Assembly: GCA_038087875.1 (NCBI GenBank) | Contig: CM075993.1 | Span: forward strand, 9,054,001 to 9,118,000 | Direction: 5' to 3' | Origin: Malacoraja senta | Taxonomy: Eukaryota | DNA: 64,000 nucleotides | Shown here: positions 35,423 through 48,515 of the stretch, one piece after another | How positions within the stretch are numbered: position 1 is the first letter of the stretch | Layout of the letters: each line of letters starts with the position of its first letter | Made by a program: the position numbers and the translations under genes | Notes under the pieces: generated by a model | Seen by the model: the letters and a program-made list of their open reading frames with translations, nothing else | The model's database searches: none | Told to the model about the DNA's origin: nothing

Positions 35423-35924
35423 CAATGAAATATGCTCAGTTCTCATTTCACAGTACAGAATACACACTATGTTTGGCACCAAACACAACAAATCATAGTG
35501 GAATTTGTTTGCTATTTCTACCAAAATGGTATGCTGTTTTGAGATAATTAATACAATTTTACTGTAAAAATTGATTCGTTCAGTATGTTGCTACCAAAAA
35601 ACAATAATCAGAAGCAAATCTTTCCCAACAGTATCTTTGAAATTTTCATGGACTCAAATGGTGTAAATGAGACTTAGTTTCTCCGGTTCATACGGCCTTT
35701 TTTACAGCCAGTGACCAGGCAACAGTGTCAACACTTGTCTATCCATACAGTAGCGTTCTGTGCAGATTAGGGACTGAGTCACATGTAGGAGTAATTTATT
35801 GACTACTAGGAATACACCTGGACAATAAATTATAGAATATACGTGTTTACATAGTACCTAAATGCAGTAAAATATTCAAAACTTACTTGCTGTAACATAA
35901 TTATTTAAAGTTTCTTCCTTGAAC

Positions 35925-37575
35925 AGAGACCTGACCAATTTCCCTCTACTAACACTCCTCAGCCTAGCGGAACTTGTCCTCACTCTCAACAACTTTTCTT
36001 TTGACTCCTCTCACGTTCTACAGTTAAAGGTGTAGCATGGGGCCCAACTATGCCTGCCGTTTTGTTGGCTACGTCGAACAGTCCTTGTTCCAGTCGTACA
36101 CTGGCCCTATCCCCCCAACTCATTCTCTGCTATATCAAGGGCTACATCGGGGCTACCTCTTGCACCCATGAAGAACTCATGGACTTCATTAACTTCACCA
36201 CTAACCTCCACTCTCCACTCAAATTCACCAGAACTATCTCTGACACCACTATCTTTTTTGATCTCCCTGTCTCTATTATAGGGACAGGGACAGACTATCG
36301 ACTGATAGTCTACTACAAAAACCGACTAACTCCCATAATTATCTGGACTACACTTCCTCCCACCCTGCCTCTTACAAAGATGCTTTCCCCTACTTTCAAT
36401 TCCTCCATCTCTGTCACATCTGCTCCCAAGATGAGACTTCTCATATGAGGGCATCCGAGACTCATTTTCTTTAATGAATGGTTTCTTCCTGGCTGTCATA
36501 GATAGATCCCTCACCCTCGTCTCTTCTGTGTCCCGGAGTTCTGCTCTCACTCCCTCTACCCCCAGATGCAACAAGGACAGAGTTTTATTGGTTCTCGCCT
36601 TTCACCACACCAATCCCGCATCCAACACATCCTCTGACATTTCATCACCGCCAACGTGATCCCACCACTAATCACCACCCCTTTCCACTTTCTGCTCCAT
36701 CCACTGCTCCTTGGTTCACTCATCCCTTCCCATCCAAATCCCCGCTACCGTGGAACTTTTCCCTGCAACTGCAGGAGATAGATTAATAGAGTGATACAGT
36801 GTGAAAACAGGCCCAACTTGCCCACACCGGCCAACATGTCCCAGCTCCACTAGTCTCACCTGCCTGCGTTTGGTCCATATCCCTCCAAACAGATGTAGCA
36901 TCTGTCCTTATGCCTCCTTCCTCAGCACCATCCATGGACCACGACAGTCCTTCCAGGTTAGACAGAGGTTCACGTGCATCTCCTCTAACCAATGTGGGCT
37001 CCTGTACATTGCTGTGACCAAACGTAGACTTGGTGACTGTTTCACTGAACACTTGTGCTCGGTCCACCTAGGCCTACTGGATCTCCAGTTTGCAAACCAC
37101 TTTAAATCCCCTTCCCATTCCAATATTGACATTTCTGTCCTGGACCCCCTCCATTGCCAAGGTGAGGCCAAACGCAAACTGGATGAACAGCATTTCATAT
37201 TCTACCTGGGTAGCTTACAACACAACAGTATGAACATTGAATTATGCAGGTAAACTACAAACACTTTCCTTCCTCCCTTCCCTCCACCAAAAGTTAGTTA
37301 ACTAGCTTCACAGTATGCAACTATGAATCCCTCTTGGGATCACACCTGTTTCTGTATCTAGCCTTTGTCCAACAATCTGCCTCTATGGGAACCCCCTCGC
37401 CTGAGATCATCTGTTGACTGGCCGTGACTTGTTTCGCCTATTTTCGTTTCCAACTTTTTTTTCTCCGTTCCCCCTACTACAATCCGTCAGAAAAAGGGTC
37501 CCGAAACGTCACCTATCCATTTTCTCCAGTGATGCTGCCTCATCTACTAAATCACTCCAGCATTTTGTGTCTATC
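35925..37575 (+). mobile_element. Penelope-like retroelement (RT + GIY-YIG), decayed, with a CR1-tail insert at ~36780-36890
   Basis: LAELVLTLNNFSFDS, MGPNYA and GLLYIAVTKRRLGDCFTEHLCSV (GIY-YIG). Terminal repeat with a degenerate hammerhead cagaaaaagggtcccgaaacgtc at ~37488-37510. Confidence 0.9.
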
Positions 37576-38179
37576 ATTATTATTTAAAATTTGACACCGT
37601 GTAATTATTCCCATAAACTTGATCAATGAAGAGCTTCCTAAAGGAGGAGCGGGAGAGTGAGAGACTTAGAGATTAAGAAAAATCATATCGGAGGATTTGA
37701 CCACCTACTTTGTTCATTGGTAAATTTACATGAATGTATACAGTTACTGCAACTCCTTCGGTCTGCTTACATTAGGTCTGTGTTAGCCGTAGCAGTCTTC
37801 TATTTAGTAATTTTCCAGATGATTTGCTGTTAATGGTATTATATTCCTTTTTAGTAAGAAAGCTGTGGTAAAATAACAAATGTCACATTCTATTTTAGAG
37901 AGCTTATTTTGAAGTGAGAGAATAGAAAGCTACTGCATTTCTGGATTAATATTCGGGCACACACTTAGCAGTGCAATATTCAGATTTATCCGACAACAAA
38001 CAGGTATTTATGTCTGGTATATTAATCACAAATGGATGTTAGTGGAGAGAATTACAGTTGCAGTTATTTGTTGAGGGAACAAATAGCTTTAGGTATATGA
38101 TTTAATAATAATGTAAATATGTACATATCCTCAAATTGCTTTACTGCCAATGAATTGGAAGTATAATCACTGATGATTC

Positions 38180-38275
38180 GGGTCTGAAGAAGGGTCTCGA
38201 CGAAATGTCAGCCATTCCTTTTCTCCAGAGATGCTGCCTGTCCCGCTGAGTTACTCTCAGCATTTTGTGTCTATC
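38180..38275 (+). mobile_element. Penelope terminal-repeat fragment with a hammerhead-like core
   Basis: ctgaagaagggtctcgacgaaatgtc...gatgctgcctgtcccgctgagttactctcagcattttgtgtct. Confidence 0.7.
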
Positions 38276-38279
38276 ACTG

Positions 38280-38590
38280 ATGTAATGTAGGAAATAAAGC
38301 AGGCAATTTGTGCACAGCAAGCTTCCATATGTCACAATGTGTTGTGGACTGGATAATATGCATTGGTGATGGTTGATTGAAGAATGAACATTGGCCAGGG
38401 TACCAAGGCTAGTTTCCCTGATTTTTAAAATGGGTTATTTTAATTCTACCTGAGAGAACACGGTTTGATGACATTAGAAAAACAGCATTCTGCACTGGAG
38501 TGTCTGCATTTTTGAGCTAAAGTCTCTGGAATGAAACTTGAATCCAGAAGCTCATGACAGAGTTTCAAAAATGTTCCTAACGACACCAGG
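38280..38590 (-). mobile_element. Old Deu-domain SINE (SacSINE1-like)
   Basis: gatggttgattga...acattggccagggtacc...ctgcactggagtgtc...ctctggaatgaaacttgaatcc resembles the shark Deu-SINE layout. Recognised from memory and highly diverged. Confidence 0.45.
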
Positions 38591-39225
38591 GTTGATAGGT
38601 TGACAAAAATGCATTGTCAGAAACTGAAAGATTCATTAAAAGAAAATTATTGATCAGTCTCAGAACCTCCACATACTTCGGTCGAATACCACTGTTCATG
38701 TTACAGCGATGGTTCATTTGTTTGCATCATGTATGTTAATAGAGTGTATCTTCTCCCACTTCACCAGTTACCCTTAGCACAGACTGCCTGGAGCCATGAA
38801 ATGCTGCCTGAACAGAACATCCTGGCCTAATTTTTTATCCTGAGGGCGAGGTTACAGCTTTGGCTCGCAGTCTGACACAGTTGAGATTAGGAATGAATGC
38901 AGAATTAAATTTGTGGCAATTAAACAATTAAAGAATTGAACAAGGTGTTGGCATTCAAGCTCAATGCTTCACAACCACCATGTCATAACTAAACTTTCTT
39001 TAAATAAGAAACAGAACTGCTAACTTCAAATAGATGCTTGAGAGTAAGCCCATTTAGTATCTGTCAGGGTGCTCCTTTAAATTTGTCTCATGTTCCATTC
39101 TATATGTACTGTACAATGATGCTTATAGATTCTGATTTGTTCCTAAAGTATGCATTGATTAACCATCAAAATAATATAATTTGTTGGTTAAAGTAGACAA
39201 TGATGCATTTCCCCCCCAAAAAGAT

Positions 39226-41164
39226 AACAATAGACAATAGGTGCAGGAGTAGGCCATTCGGCCCTTTGAGCTAGCACAGCCATTCACTGATCATGGCTGA
39301 TCATCCACATTCAGTACCCTGTTCCTGCCTTCTCACCATATCTCCTGACTCCACTATCTTTAAGAGCTCCATCTAACTCTCTCTTGAAAGATGGATCCTT
39401 GAAGACTGAAAAAGGTGAATTTATTATGGGGAACAAGGAAATGGCAGATGAGTTGAACAGGTACTTTGGATCCGTCTTCATTAAGGAGGACACAAACAAT
39501 CTTCCTGATGTACTAGCCAGAGGATCTGGGATGATGGAGGAAATGAAGGAAATCCACATTAGGCAGGAAATGGTGTTGGGACTGTAGGCTGATAAATCCC
39601 CAGGGTACTTAAGGAAGTGGCTCTAGAAATCGTGGACGCATTGGTAATCATTTTCCAATGTTCTATAGATTCAGGATCAGTTCCTGTGGATTGGAGGGTA
39701 GCTAATGTATTCCCACTTTTTAAGAAAGGCGGGAGAGAGAAAACTGAATTATAGACCAGTTATAGACCTGACATCAGGGAAGACGCTGGAGTCAATCATA
39801 AAAGATGAAATAGCAGGACATTTGGATAGCAGTAATCGGGTCGGTCCGAGTCAGCATGGATTTACGAAGGGGAAATGTTTAAGAAGGAACTGCAGATGCT
39901 GGAAAATCGAAGGTAGACAAAAATGCTGGAGAAACTCAGCGGGTGCAGCAGCAACTATGGAGCGAAGGAAATCGCCAACGTTTCGGGCCGAAACCCTTCA
40001 GACTGATGTAGGGTGGGGAGAAGAAAAGAAAAAGGAAGAGGAGGAGCCCGAGGGCTGAGGGAGAGCTGAGAAGGGGAGGAGACAGCAAGGACTACTGGAA
40101 ATTGGAGAATTCAATGTTTATGCCGCTAGGGTGCAGACTGCCCAAGCGGAATATGAGGTGCTGCTCCTCCAATTTTCGGTGGTGCTCACTCTGGCCATGG
40201 AGGAAGCCCAGGACAGAGAGTTTACGAAGGAGAAATCATGCTTGACTAATCTTCTGGAATTTTTTGAGGATGTAACTAAGAAAATGGACATGGGAGAGCC
40301 AGTGGATGTAGTGTACCTGGTCTTTCAGAAAGCATTTGATAAGGTCCCACATAGGAGATTAGTGGGCAAAATTAGGGCACATGGTATTGGGGGTAGAGGG
40401 CTGACATGGATAGAAAATTGGTTGGCAGACAGGAAACAAAGAGTAGGGATTAACGGGTTCCTTTCAGAATGGCAGACAGTGACTAGTGGGGCAACCGCAA
40501 GGCTCGGTGCTGGGACCGCAGCTATTTACAATATATATTAATGATTTAGATGAAGGGATTACAAGTAACATTAGCAAATTTGCAGATGACACAAAGCTAG
40601 GTGGTAGTGTGAACTGTGAGGAGGATGCTATGAGAATGCAGGGTGACTTGGACAGGTTGGGTGAATGGGCAGATGCACGGCAGATGCAATTTAATGTGGA
40701 TAAATGTGAGGTTATCCACTTTGGTAGCAAAAACTGGAAGAAAGATTATTATCTAAATGGTGTCAAGTTGGGAAAAGGGGAAGTACAACAGGATCTGGGG
40801 GTCCTTGTTCATCAGTCAATGAAAGTAAGCATGCAGGTACAGCAGGCAGTGAAGAAAGCGAATGACATGTTGGCCTTCATAACAAGAGGAGTTGAGTATA
40901 GGAGCAAAGAGGTCCTTCTGCAGTTGTACAAGGCCTAGTGAGACCACACCTGGAGTATTGTGTGCAGTTTTAGTCTCCAAATTTGAGGAAGGACATTCTG
41001 GTTATTGAGGGAGTGCAGCGTAGGTTCACAAGGTTAATTCCTGGGATGGCGGGACTGTCATATGCTGAGAGAATGGAGCGGCTGGCTTGTATACTCTGGA
41101 ATTTAGAAGGATGAGAGGGGATCTTATTGAAACATATAAGATTATTAAGGGATTGGACACGCTA
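39226..41164 (+). mobile_element. CR1/HER1 LINE: minus-strand 3' end (39226-39388) fused to a plus-strand RT body (39390-41164)
   Basis: SCLTNLLEFFEDVT, FQKAFDKVPHRRL, PQGSVLGPQLF and KFADDTKL on +; aacaatagacaataggtgcaggagtagg tail on -. Confidence 0.88.
39876..40220 (-). mobile_element. Penelope 3' fragment inserted in CR1
   Basis: tgtttaagaaggaactgcagatgctgg terminus. TSD TTTACGAAGG(G/A)GAAA at 39861-75 and 40221-35 (14/15). Confidence 0.85.
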
Positions 41165-43570
41165 TTTGTACTCATTTGTACCCAGATCTCTTTGTACTTC
41201 TCCTTTTCCCAACTTGACACCATTCAGATAATAATCTGCCTTCCTGTTTTTGTCACCAAAGTGGATAACCTCACATTTATCCACATTAAGCTGCATCTGC
41301 CCACTCACCCAACCTGTCCAAGTCACCCCGCATCTTCATAGCATCCTCCTCAAAGTTCACACTGCCACCCAGCTTTGTGTCATCTGCAAATTTGCTAATG
41401 TTACTTTGCATCCCTTCATCTAAATCATTGATGTATATTGTAAATAGCTGCACCTAGTACCGAGCATGCGGTACCCCACTAGTCACTGTCTGCCATTCTG
41501 AAAGGGACCTGTTAATCCCTACTCTTTGTTTCCTGTTTGCCAACCAATTTTCTATCCATGTCAGTACCTTACCCCCAATACCATGTGTTCTCATTTTGCA
41601 CACTAATCTCCTATGTGGGACCTTATCAAATGCTTTCTGAAAGTCCAGGTACACTACATACACTGTTTCTCCCTTGTTTATTTTCCTAGTTAAATCCTCA
41701 AAAAATTCCAGAAGATTAGTCAAGCATGATTTCCCCTTCGTACATCCATGCTGACTTGGACAGATCCCGTTACTGCTATCCAAATGTCTTGCTATTTCAT
41801 CTTCCTCACCACCGATGTCAGGCTAACTAGTCTATTTTCTCTCTCCTACCTTTCTTAAAAAGTGGGCTAACATTAGCTACCCTCCAATCCACAGGAACTG
41901 ATCCTGAATCTATAGAACATTGGAAAATGATCACCAATGCATCCACGATTTCTAGTCACTTCCTTAAGTACCTAGGGATGCAGACCATTTGGAAATTTTA
42001 AGAAAGAAAGAACTGCAGATGCTGTAAAAATTGAAGGTGGACAGAAATGCTGGAGGAACTCTGCGGGTGAGGCAGCATCTATGGAGAGAATGAATAGGCG
42101 ACGTTTCGGGTCTGAAGAAGGGTCTCAACCAGAAATGTTGCCTATTCCTTCTCTCCATACATGCTGCCTCACCCGCTGAGTTCCTCCAGCATTTTTGTCT
42201 ACCGTAGGCCTTGGGGATTTATCAGTTATCAGCCCCATCAGTCTACCCAACACCATTTCCTGCCTAATGTGAATTTCCTTCAGTTCCTCCGTCACCATAG
42301 ATCCTCTGGCCACTAGTGCATTAGGGAAATTGATTGTGTCTACCTTAGTGAAGACGGATCCAAAGTACGTGTTCAACTCGTCTGCCATTTCCTTGTTCCC
42401 TATAATAAATTCACCTGTTTCAGTCTTCAATGGTCCAACTTAGGTCTTCACTAATTCCTTCGCATACCTAAAGAAGCTTTTACTATCCTCCTTTATGTTC
42501 TTGGCTAGCTTACCTTCGTACCTCATCTTTTCTCCCCGTATTGCCTTTTTAGTTATCTTCTGTTGCTCTTTAAAAGTTTAAAAGTAAAATCCTCTATGCT
42601 ACGTTCTCTTTTATTTTTCTACTGTCCTTGGCTTCCTTTGTCAGCCACAGTCGCCCCTTACTCCCCTTGGAATCTTTCTTCCTCTTTGGAATGAATTGAT
42701 CCTGCACCTTCCGTATTGTTCCCAGAAATACCTGCCATTGTTGTTCCACTGTCATCCCTGCTAGGGTATCTTTCCACTTAACTTTGGCCAACTCCCCACT
42801 CATGGTTCCATAGTCCCCTTTGTTCAACTGTTCAACAATTTTCCCTTCTCCCTCTCAAATTGTAGATTAAAACTCATCATATTATGGTCTCTACCATAAT
42901 GGCTCCTTTACCTCGAGTTCTGTTATCAAATCCGGTTCATTACACAACACTAAATCCAGAATTGCCTTCTCCCTGGTAGGCTCCAGTACAAGCTGCTCTA
43001 AAAATCCATCACGGAGGCATTCCACAAACTCCCTTTCTTTGGGGTCCAGCACCAACCTGATTTTCCCAGTCTGCCTGTATGTCGAAATCTCCCATAACAA
43101 ACGTATCATTACCTTTGCGACATGCCAATTTTAACTCTTGATTCAACTTGCACCCTATATCTAGGCTACTGTTTGAGGGCCTGTAGATAACTCCCATCTA
43201 GGCTACTGTTTGGGGGCCTGTAGATAACTCCCATTAGGGTCTTTTTACTCTTACAATTCCTCAGTTCTATCCATACTGACACGACATCTCCTGATTCTAT
43301 GTCACCTCTCGCAAGGGACTGAATTTAATTCCTCACCAACAGAGCTACCCCACCCCCTCTGCCCACCTGTCTGTCTTTTCGATAGGACGTATACCCTTGA
43401 ATATTCAGTTCCCAGCCCTGGTCCTCTTGCAGCCATGTCTCTGTATTTCCCACAACAATTTCTTATACTTTGTGCATTCATATATAATGCATTTAATCCA
43501 TTCCTCCCCTCACCTTTCACATTGATTCCTATTTCACTCGGCCATACTCTCCTATCCGTTCCTGAGCTTT
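41165..43570 (-). mobile_element. CR1/HER1 LINE, EN-RT portion (3' end absent)
   Basis: GVIYRPSNS, MGDF, EPTREKAILDLVLCNEP, DFQKAFDKVPH. 37-bp tandem duplication at 43159-43232. Confidence 0.9.
41995..42202. mobile_element. Fold-back Penelope mini-element inside CR1
   Basis: Arms aaatgctggaggaactc...ggcagcatctatggagagaa / ttctctccatacatgctgcc...gagttcctccagcattt around ctgaagaagggtctcaaccagaaatgtt. Confidence 0.8.
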
Positions 43571-44057
43571 CTGTCCCATTAACATATCAAACCGAAAGGA
43601 CTAATGTATGCAACATTGTTTGTTTAGAATATTGTCTTTATTAATCCCTAAATCAGCTTCAGGAAAATCGTTTAACAAATTATACATTGTCTTTGGTGTA
43701 TCTTGCTGGGCATAAATTGGAAATAGTATGCATTTGTCTGGAAACAATAATGATTACACTGTGATAGCATTCATTTGAATGAAGCATTTTGAGGCGCAAA
43801 GTTTAATCTCAGATCCCTCTGTAATTTTCATGCAAAATAATTAATACAATTAAAATTAATCGTTAGGAATGTGTTAGGTAAAGTAATTCACAAAGGTTCC
43901 ACTTTTGACTTAATAGTACCACTACGCTTTGGTAAAATAGGGCTCCCTGTTGGTCCTTAAGTATGATTAATTATAACAATGGAAAGTTTTAAATATATTT
44001 GTAAAGTGAATTACTTATTAATAAGTGAAGTAGATTAATTAGGAAAATAACATATTT

Positions 44058-44660
44058 TAGAGTCGTAGAGTGATACAGTGTGGAAACAGGCCCTTCGGCC
44101 CAACTTGCCCACACCGACCAACAATGACCCAGCTACATTAATCCCACTTGCCTGCGCTGGTCCATATCCCTCCAAACCTGTCCTATCCATGTACCTGTCT
44201 AACTGTCTCTTAAACGATGGGATAATCCTAGCCTCAACTACCTTTTCTGCCAGTTTGTTCCATACGCTCACCACCCTTTGTGTGAAAAAGTTACCCCTCG
44301 GACTCCTATTAAATCTTTTCCCCTTCACCTTGAACCTATGTCCTCTGGTCCTCGATTCCCCTACTCTGCCCAAGAGACTGTGCATCAACCTGATCTATTC
44401 CTCTCATGATTTTGTACACCTCCATAAGATCCCCCCTCATCCTCCTGAGCTCCATGGATTAGAGACCCAGCCCACTCAACCTCTCCCTACAGCTCACATT
44501 ATCTAGTCTTGGCAACATCCTCGTAAATCCTTTCTGAACCCTTTCAAGCTTGACAATATCTTTCCTACAACATGGTGCCCAGAACTGGACACAGTATTCT
44601 AAATGCGGTCTCACCAATGTCTTATACAACTGCAACATAACCTCCCAACTTCTATTCTCA
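44058..44660 (-). mobile_element. CR1 LINE 3' portion
   Basis: SRTRGHRFKVKGKRF...FFTQRVVSVWNKL. Confidence 0.85.
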
Positions 44661-45295
44661 TATTCTTTTAATTATGAATATTTCTCTACGTTGAATATAT
44701 TCCTTGTTTTATTTATTTTATTTCCCTAATTCATTGCAGTTGAATTCTTCTTTTAAAATAAATTTGTATTAAAAAAATATGGAGAAAATTTAGCGTGGTA
44801 AAGCAATGCATCATTTAAATAGACTTTGTTCATCACATTCTAAAGGTCTCAGCATTCCCAGTTGCCTCGGACCAGAGAATTGGGTGAATTTGCTGTAAAA
44901 CCAAACAGCATTTAAGAGGTGATTTGCTTTCTCACTGGATTTTTCTTAGTCCTTCAGACATGGTTAACATCCTTCAGCCCTATCCACGTCAACACAATTT
45001 ATATAGAAAATGAAATTATGTGTGCATTTGAAGATTTAAAGCAATGTCTTATGGTCATTGGGATATATCACGGTGAATCATCATCCCAATTGTAAAATTT
45101 TACTTGGCTTTAAATCTGATTGCCAGAAATTCCTGAACCATATTACATTTACTTCTATGAATTGTGCTCCCTTTTCACTCCCTCTGGCACCAAAGATGGG
45201 AAAAACATTTATGCATTAAGGAGTCGTGGAAAATGACACGGTTGGTCTTCAAGATAGGGCCCTAAACTGGGGAAAAGCATATATCAACAATGTAA

Positions 45296-45482
45296 TGTTT
45301 AAGAAGGAACTGCAGATGCTGGAAAATCGAAGGTAGACAAAAATGCTGGAGAAACGCAGCAGGTGAGGCAGCATCTATGGAGTAATCAGTCTGAAGAAGG
45401 GTCTCGACCCGAAACGGTGCCTACTTCCTTCGCTCCATGGATGCTGCCTCACCCGCTGAGTTTCTCCAACATTTTTGTCTAC
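45296..45482. mobile_element. Fold-back Penelope mini-element with the best-preserved hammerhead core
   Basis: CTGAAGA-A-GGGTCTCGACCC-GAAAC at 45391-45415; ~60-bp inverted arms; imperfect 14-bp TSD TATCAACAATGTAA (45282-95) / TGTCAACAATATAA (45483-96). Confidence 0.85.
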
Positions 45483-45699
45483 TGTCAACAATATAAAGTA
45501 GGACCTGGCAAATGTAGATTGGGAGCAGCTGCTAGAGGGGATAAAGCCATCGAATAAGTAGAAGGTGAGAATTCATAATCAGAATATCCGTGTACAGGTA
45601 AGAACCAAAGATGTTAAGATTATAGAACCTTGGTTGAAAAATCATATTGAACATTTGATCAAGGAAAAGTATATGTCTGGTATAGGAAATCAGTACCAA

Positions 45700-46340
45700 C
45701 TGAGTCCTTTGATGTTTCATGGGGACATATTAGAGAGTGCAATTAGGAGGCACAAAAGGGACCATAAAATGACCTTGGCGAGTACAATTACGGACAATCC
45801 TAAAATCTTTTTCCAGTGTAGAAGCTAAGGAAAGAGTTGGTCAAGGATCAAAGAGGAAGTTTGCGTGAATCCAGAGATGAGCGAGGTCCTAAATGAATGC
45901 TTCTCTTTGGTATTCAACATGGAGAAGGATGCCGAGGCTGGTGAGTCAAAGGAGGGATTCGCTGATATTCCAAAATATGTCTGTCACAAGAAAGTGTTGG
46001 AAATATTAGTACTTTGGGGTGAATAAATTGCCCACGGCCTGACAGGATCTATCCCAGGATACTAAGACAAAATCCAGGAAGGACATTGCTGCTGCTCTGT
46101 CGGGGTATTCTGCAGCTTCATTAGCCACCAGTTAGGTACTGAAAGAATGGAGGGTGGCTAATGTCCCATTATTTCAAAAAAGACAGTGGGGCATTGGGCT
46201 GGGAGCTACAGGCTGGAGAGTCTTACATCAGTGGTAGAGAAGATGCTTTGAGAGATCTGACCTGGATGCAGGCTAATACGATTAGCATAGAAAGGCATCA
46301 TGGTTGGCATGGACGATGTATTCAAAAGGGCCCATTTCTG
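45700..46340 (+). mobile_element. Degenerate CR1 fragment
   Basis: IRRHKRDHKMTLASTITDNPKIFF; gaatggagggtggctaatgtc (EWRVAN) remnant. Confidence 0.65.
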
Positions 46341-46552
46341 CTACGATTTGATGTCTCTGGTCCAAATAAAAGAGTATTACAAATTAAATCCAAGAACATT
46401 ATAGGATGCACTTTACTTTAATGTCACAGTCAAAATATGTAGAAAATCAACAAACGGGTGCAGAAAATTTGTAATAAAATCAAAGCATTCTGGAAACACT
46501 CAGCAGGTCATTCAGCATCTGGGAAAGAGAAACAGAATTTTTCACAAATGAT

Positions 46553-48515
46553 CATAGAAACATAGAAAATAGGTGCAGGAGGAGGCCATTTGGCCCTTCG
46601 AGCCAGCACCGCCATTCATTGTGATCATGGCTGATCGTCCCCTATCAATAACCCGTGCTTGCATTCTCCCCGTATCCCTTGACTCCACTAGCCCCTAGAG
46701 CTCTATCTAACTCTCTCTTAAATCCATCCAGTGACTTGGCCTCCACTGCCCTCTGTTGCAGGGAATTCCATAAATTCACAACTCTGGGTGAAAAAGTTTT
46801 TTCTCACCTCTGTCTTAAATGACCTCCCCTTTATTCTAAGACTGGCCCCTGGTTCTGGACTCGCCCAACATTGGGAACATTTTTCCTGCATCTAGCTTGT
46901 CCAGACCTTTTATAATTTTATATGTTTATATAAGATACCCTCTCATCCTTCTAAACTCCAGTGAATACAAGCCTAGTCTTTTCAATCTTTCCTCATATGA
47001 CAGTCCCGCCATCCCAGGGATCAATCTTGTGAACCTGCGCTGCACTGCCTCAATCACAAGGATGTCTTTCCTCAAATTAGGAAACCAAAACTGTACACAA
47101 TACTTCAGATGTGGTCTCACCAGAGCCCTATACAACTGCAGAAGAACCTCTTTACTCCTATACTGAAATCTCTTTACTCCTTATACTGAATTCCATTAGC
47201 TTTCTTCACTGCCTGCTGTACCTGTAAGCTAACTTTCAGTGACCGGTGTACAAGGACGCCCAGGTCTCGCTGCACCTCCCCCTTACCTAACCTAACCCCA
47301 TTGAGATAATAATCTGCCCCCTTGTTTTTGCCGCCAAAGTGGATAACCTCACATTTATCTATATTATGCTGCATCTGCCATGCATCTGCCCACTCACTCA
47401 ACCTGTCCAGGTCACCCTGCAACCTCCTAACATCCTCTTCACAGCTCACACTGCCACCCAGCTTTGTGTCATCCGCAAACTTGCTAGTGTTGCTCCTAAT
47501 TCCCTCTTCCAAGTCATTAATATATATGGTAAACAGTTGCGGCCCCAACACCGAGCCTTGCGGCACTCCACTTACCACTGCCTGCCATTCTGAAAAGGAC
47601 CCGTTCACTCCTACTCTTTGCTAACCAATTTTCTATCCATGTCAACACCCTACCCCCAATACCATGTGCTCTAATTTTAGTCACCAGTCTCCCGTGCGGG
47701 ACCTTATCAAAGGCTTTCTGAAAGTCTAGATACACTACATCCACTGGCACCCCTTCATCCATTTTACTTGTCACATCCTCAAAAAATTCCAGAAGATTAG
47801 TCAAGCATGATTTCCCTTTCATAAATCCATGTTGACTTGGACTAATCCTTTTACTGCTATCCAAATGCCCCATTATTACCTCTTTAATAATTGACTCCAG
47901 CATCTTTCCCACCACCGAAGTCAGGCTAACTGATCTGTAATTCCCTGTTTTCTCTCTCGCTCCTTTCTTGAAAAGTGGGATAACATTAGCTATCCTCCAA
48001 TCCACAGGAACTGATCCTGAATCTATTGAACATTGGAAAATGATCACCAATGCATCCACTATTTCTAGAGCCACCTCCCTGAGGACCCTGGGATGCAGGT
48101 CCAGGGGATTTATCATCCTTCAGTCCCATTAGCCTACCTAATACTATTTCTCGCCTAATGAAAATTTCTTTCAGTTCCTCTACCCCCTTAGATCCTCTGT
48201 CCTCCAGTACATCTGGGAGATTGTTTGTGTCTTCCTTAGTGAAGACAGATCCGAAGGACCTATACAACTCTTCTGCCATTTCCTTGTTGCCCATAATAAT
48301 TTCACCCGTGTCTGCCTTCAAGGGACCCACATTTGACTTTGCTACTCTTTTTCCCTTGACATATCTAAAGAAGCTTTTACTATCCTTCTTTATATTCCTG
48401 GCCAGCTTCCCTTCGTACTTCATCTTTTCAGCCCGTATTGCCCGTTTTGTTTCCTTCTGTTGTCCTATGAAAGTTTCCCAATCCTCTGGCTTCCGGCTAC
48501 TCTTTGCTGTGTTAT
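46553..48515 (-). mobile_element. CR1/HER1 LINE, 5'-truncated, relatively young
   Basis: RT ORFs 47986-48423, 47517-48116, 47174-47608 and 46926-47135 (KFADDTKL, GVPQGSVLGP); catagaaacatagaaaatagg tail. Confidence 0.92.
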
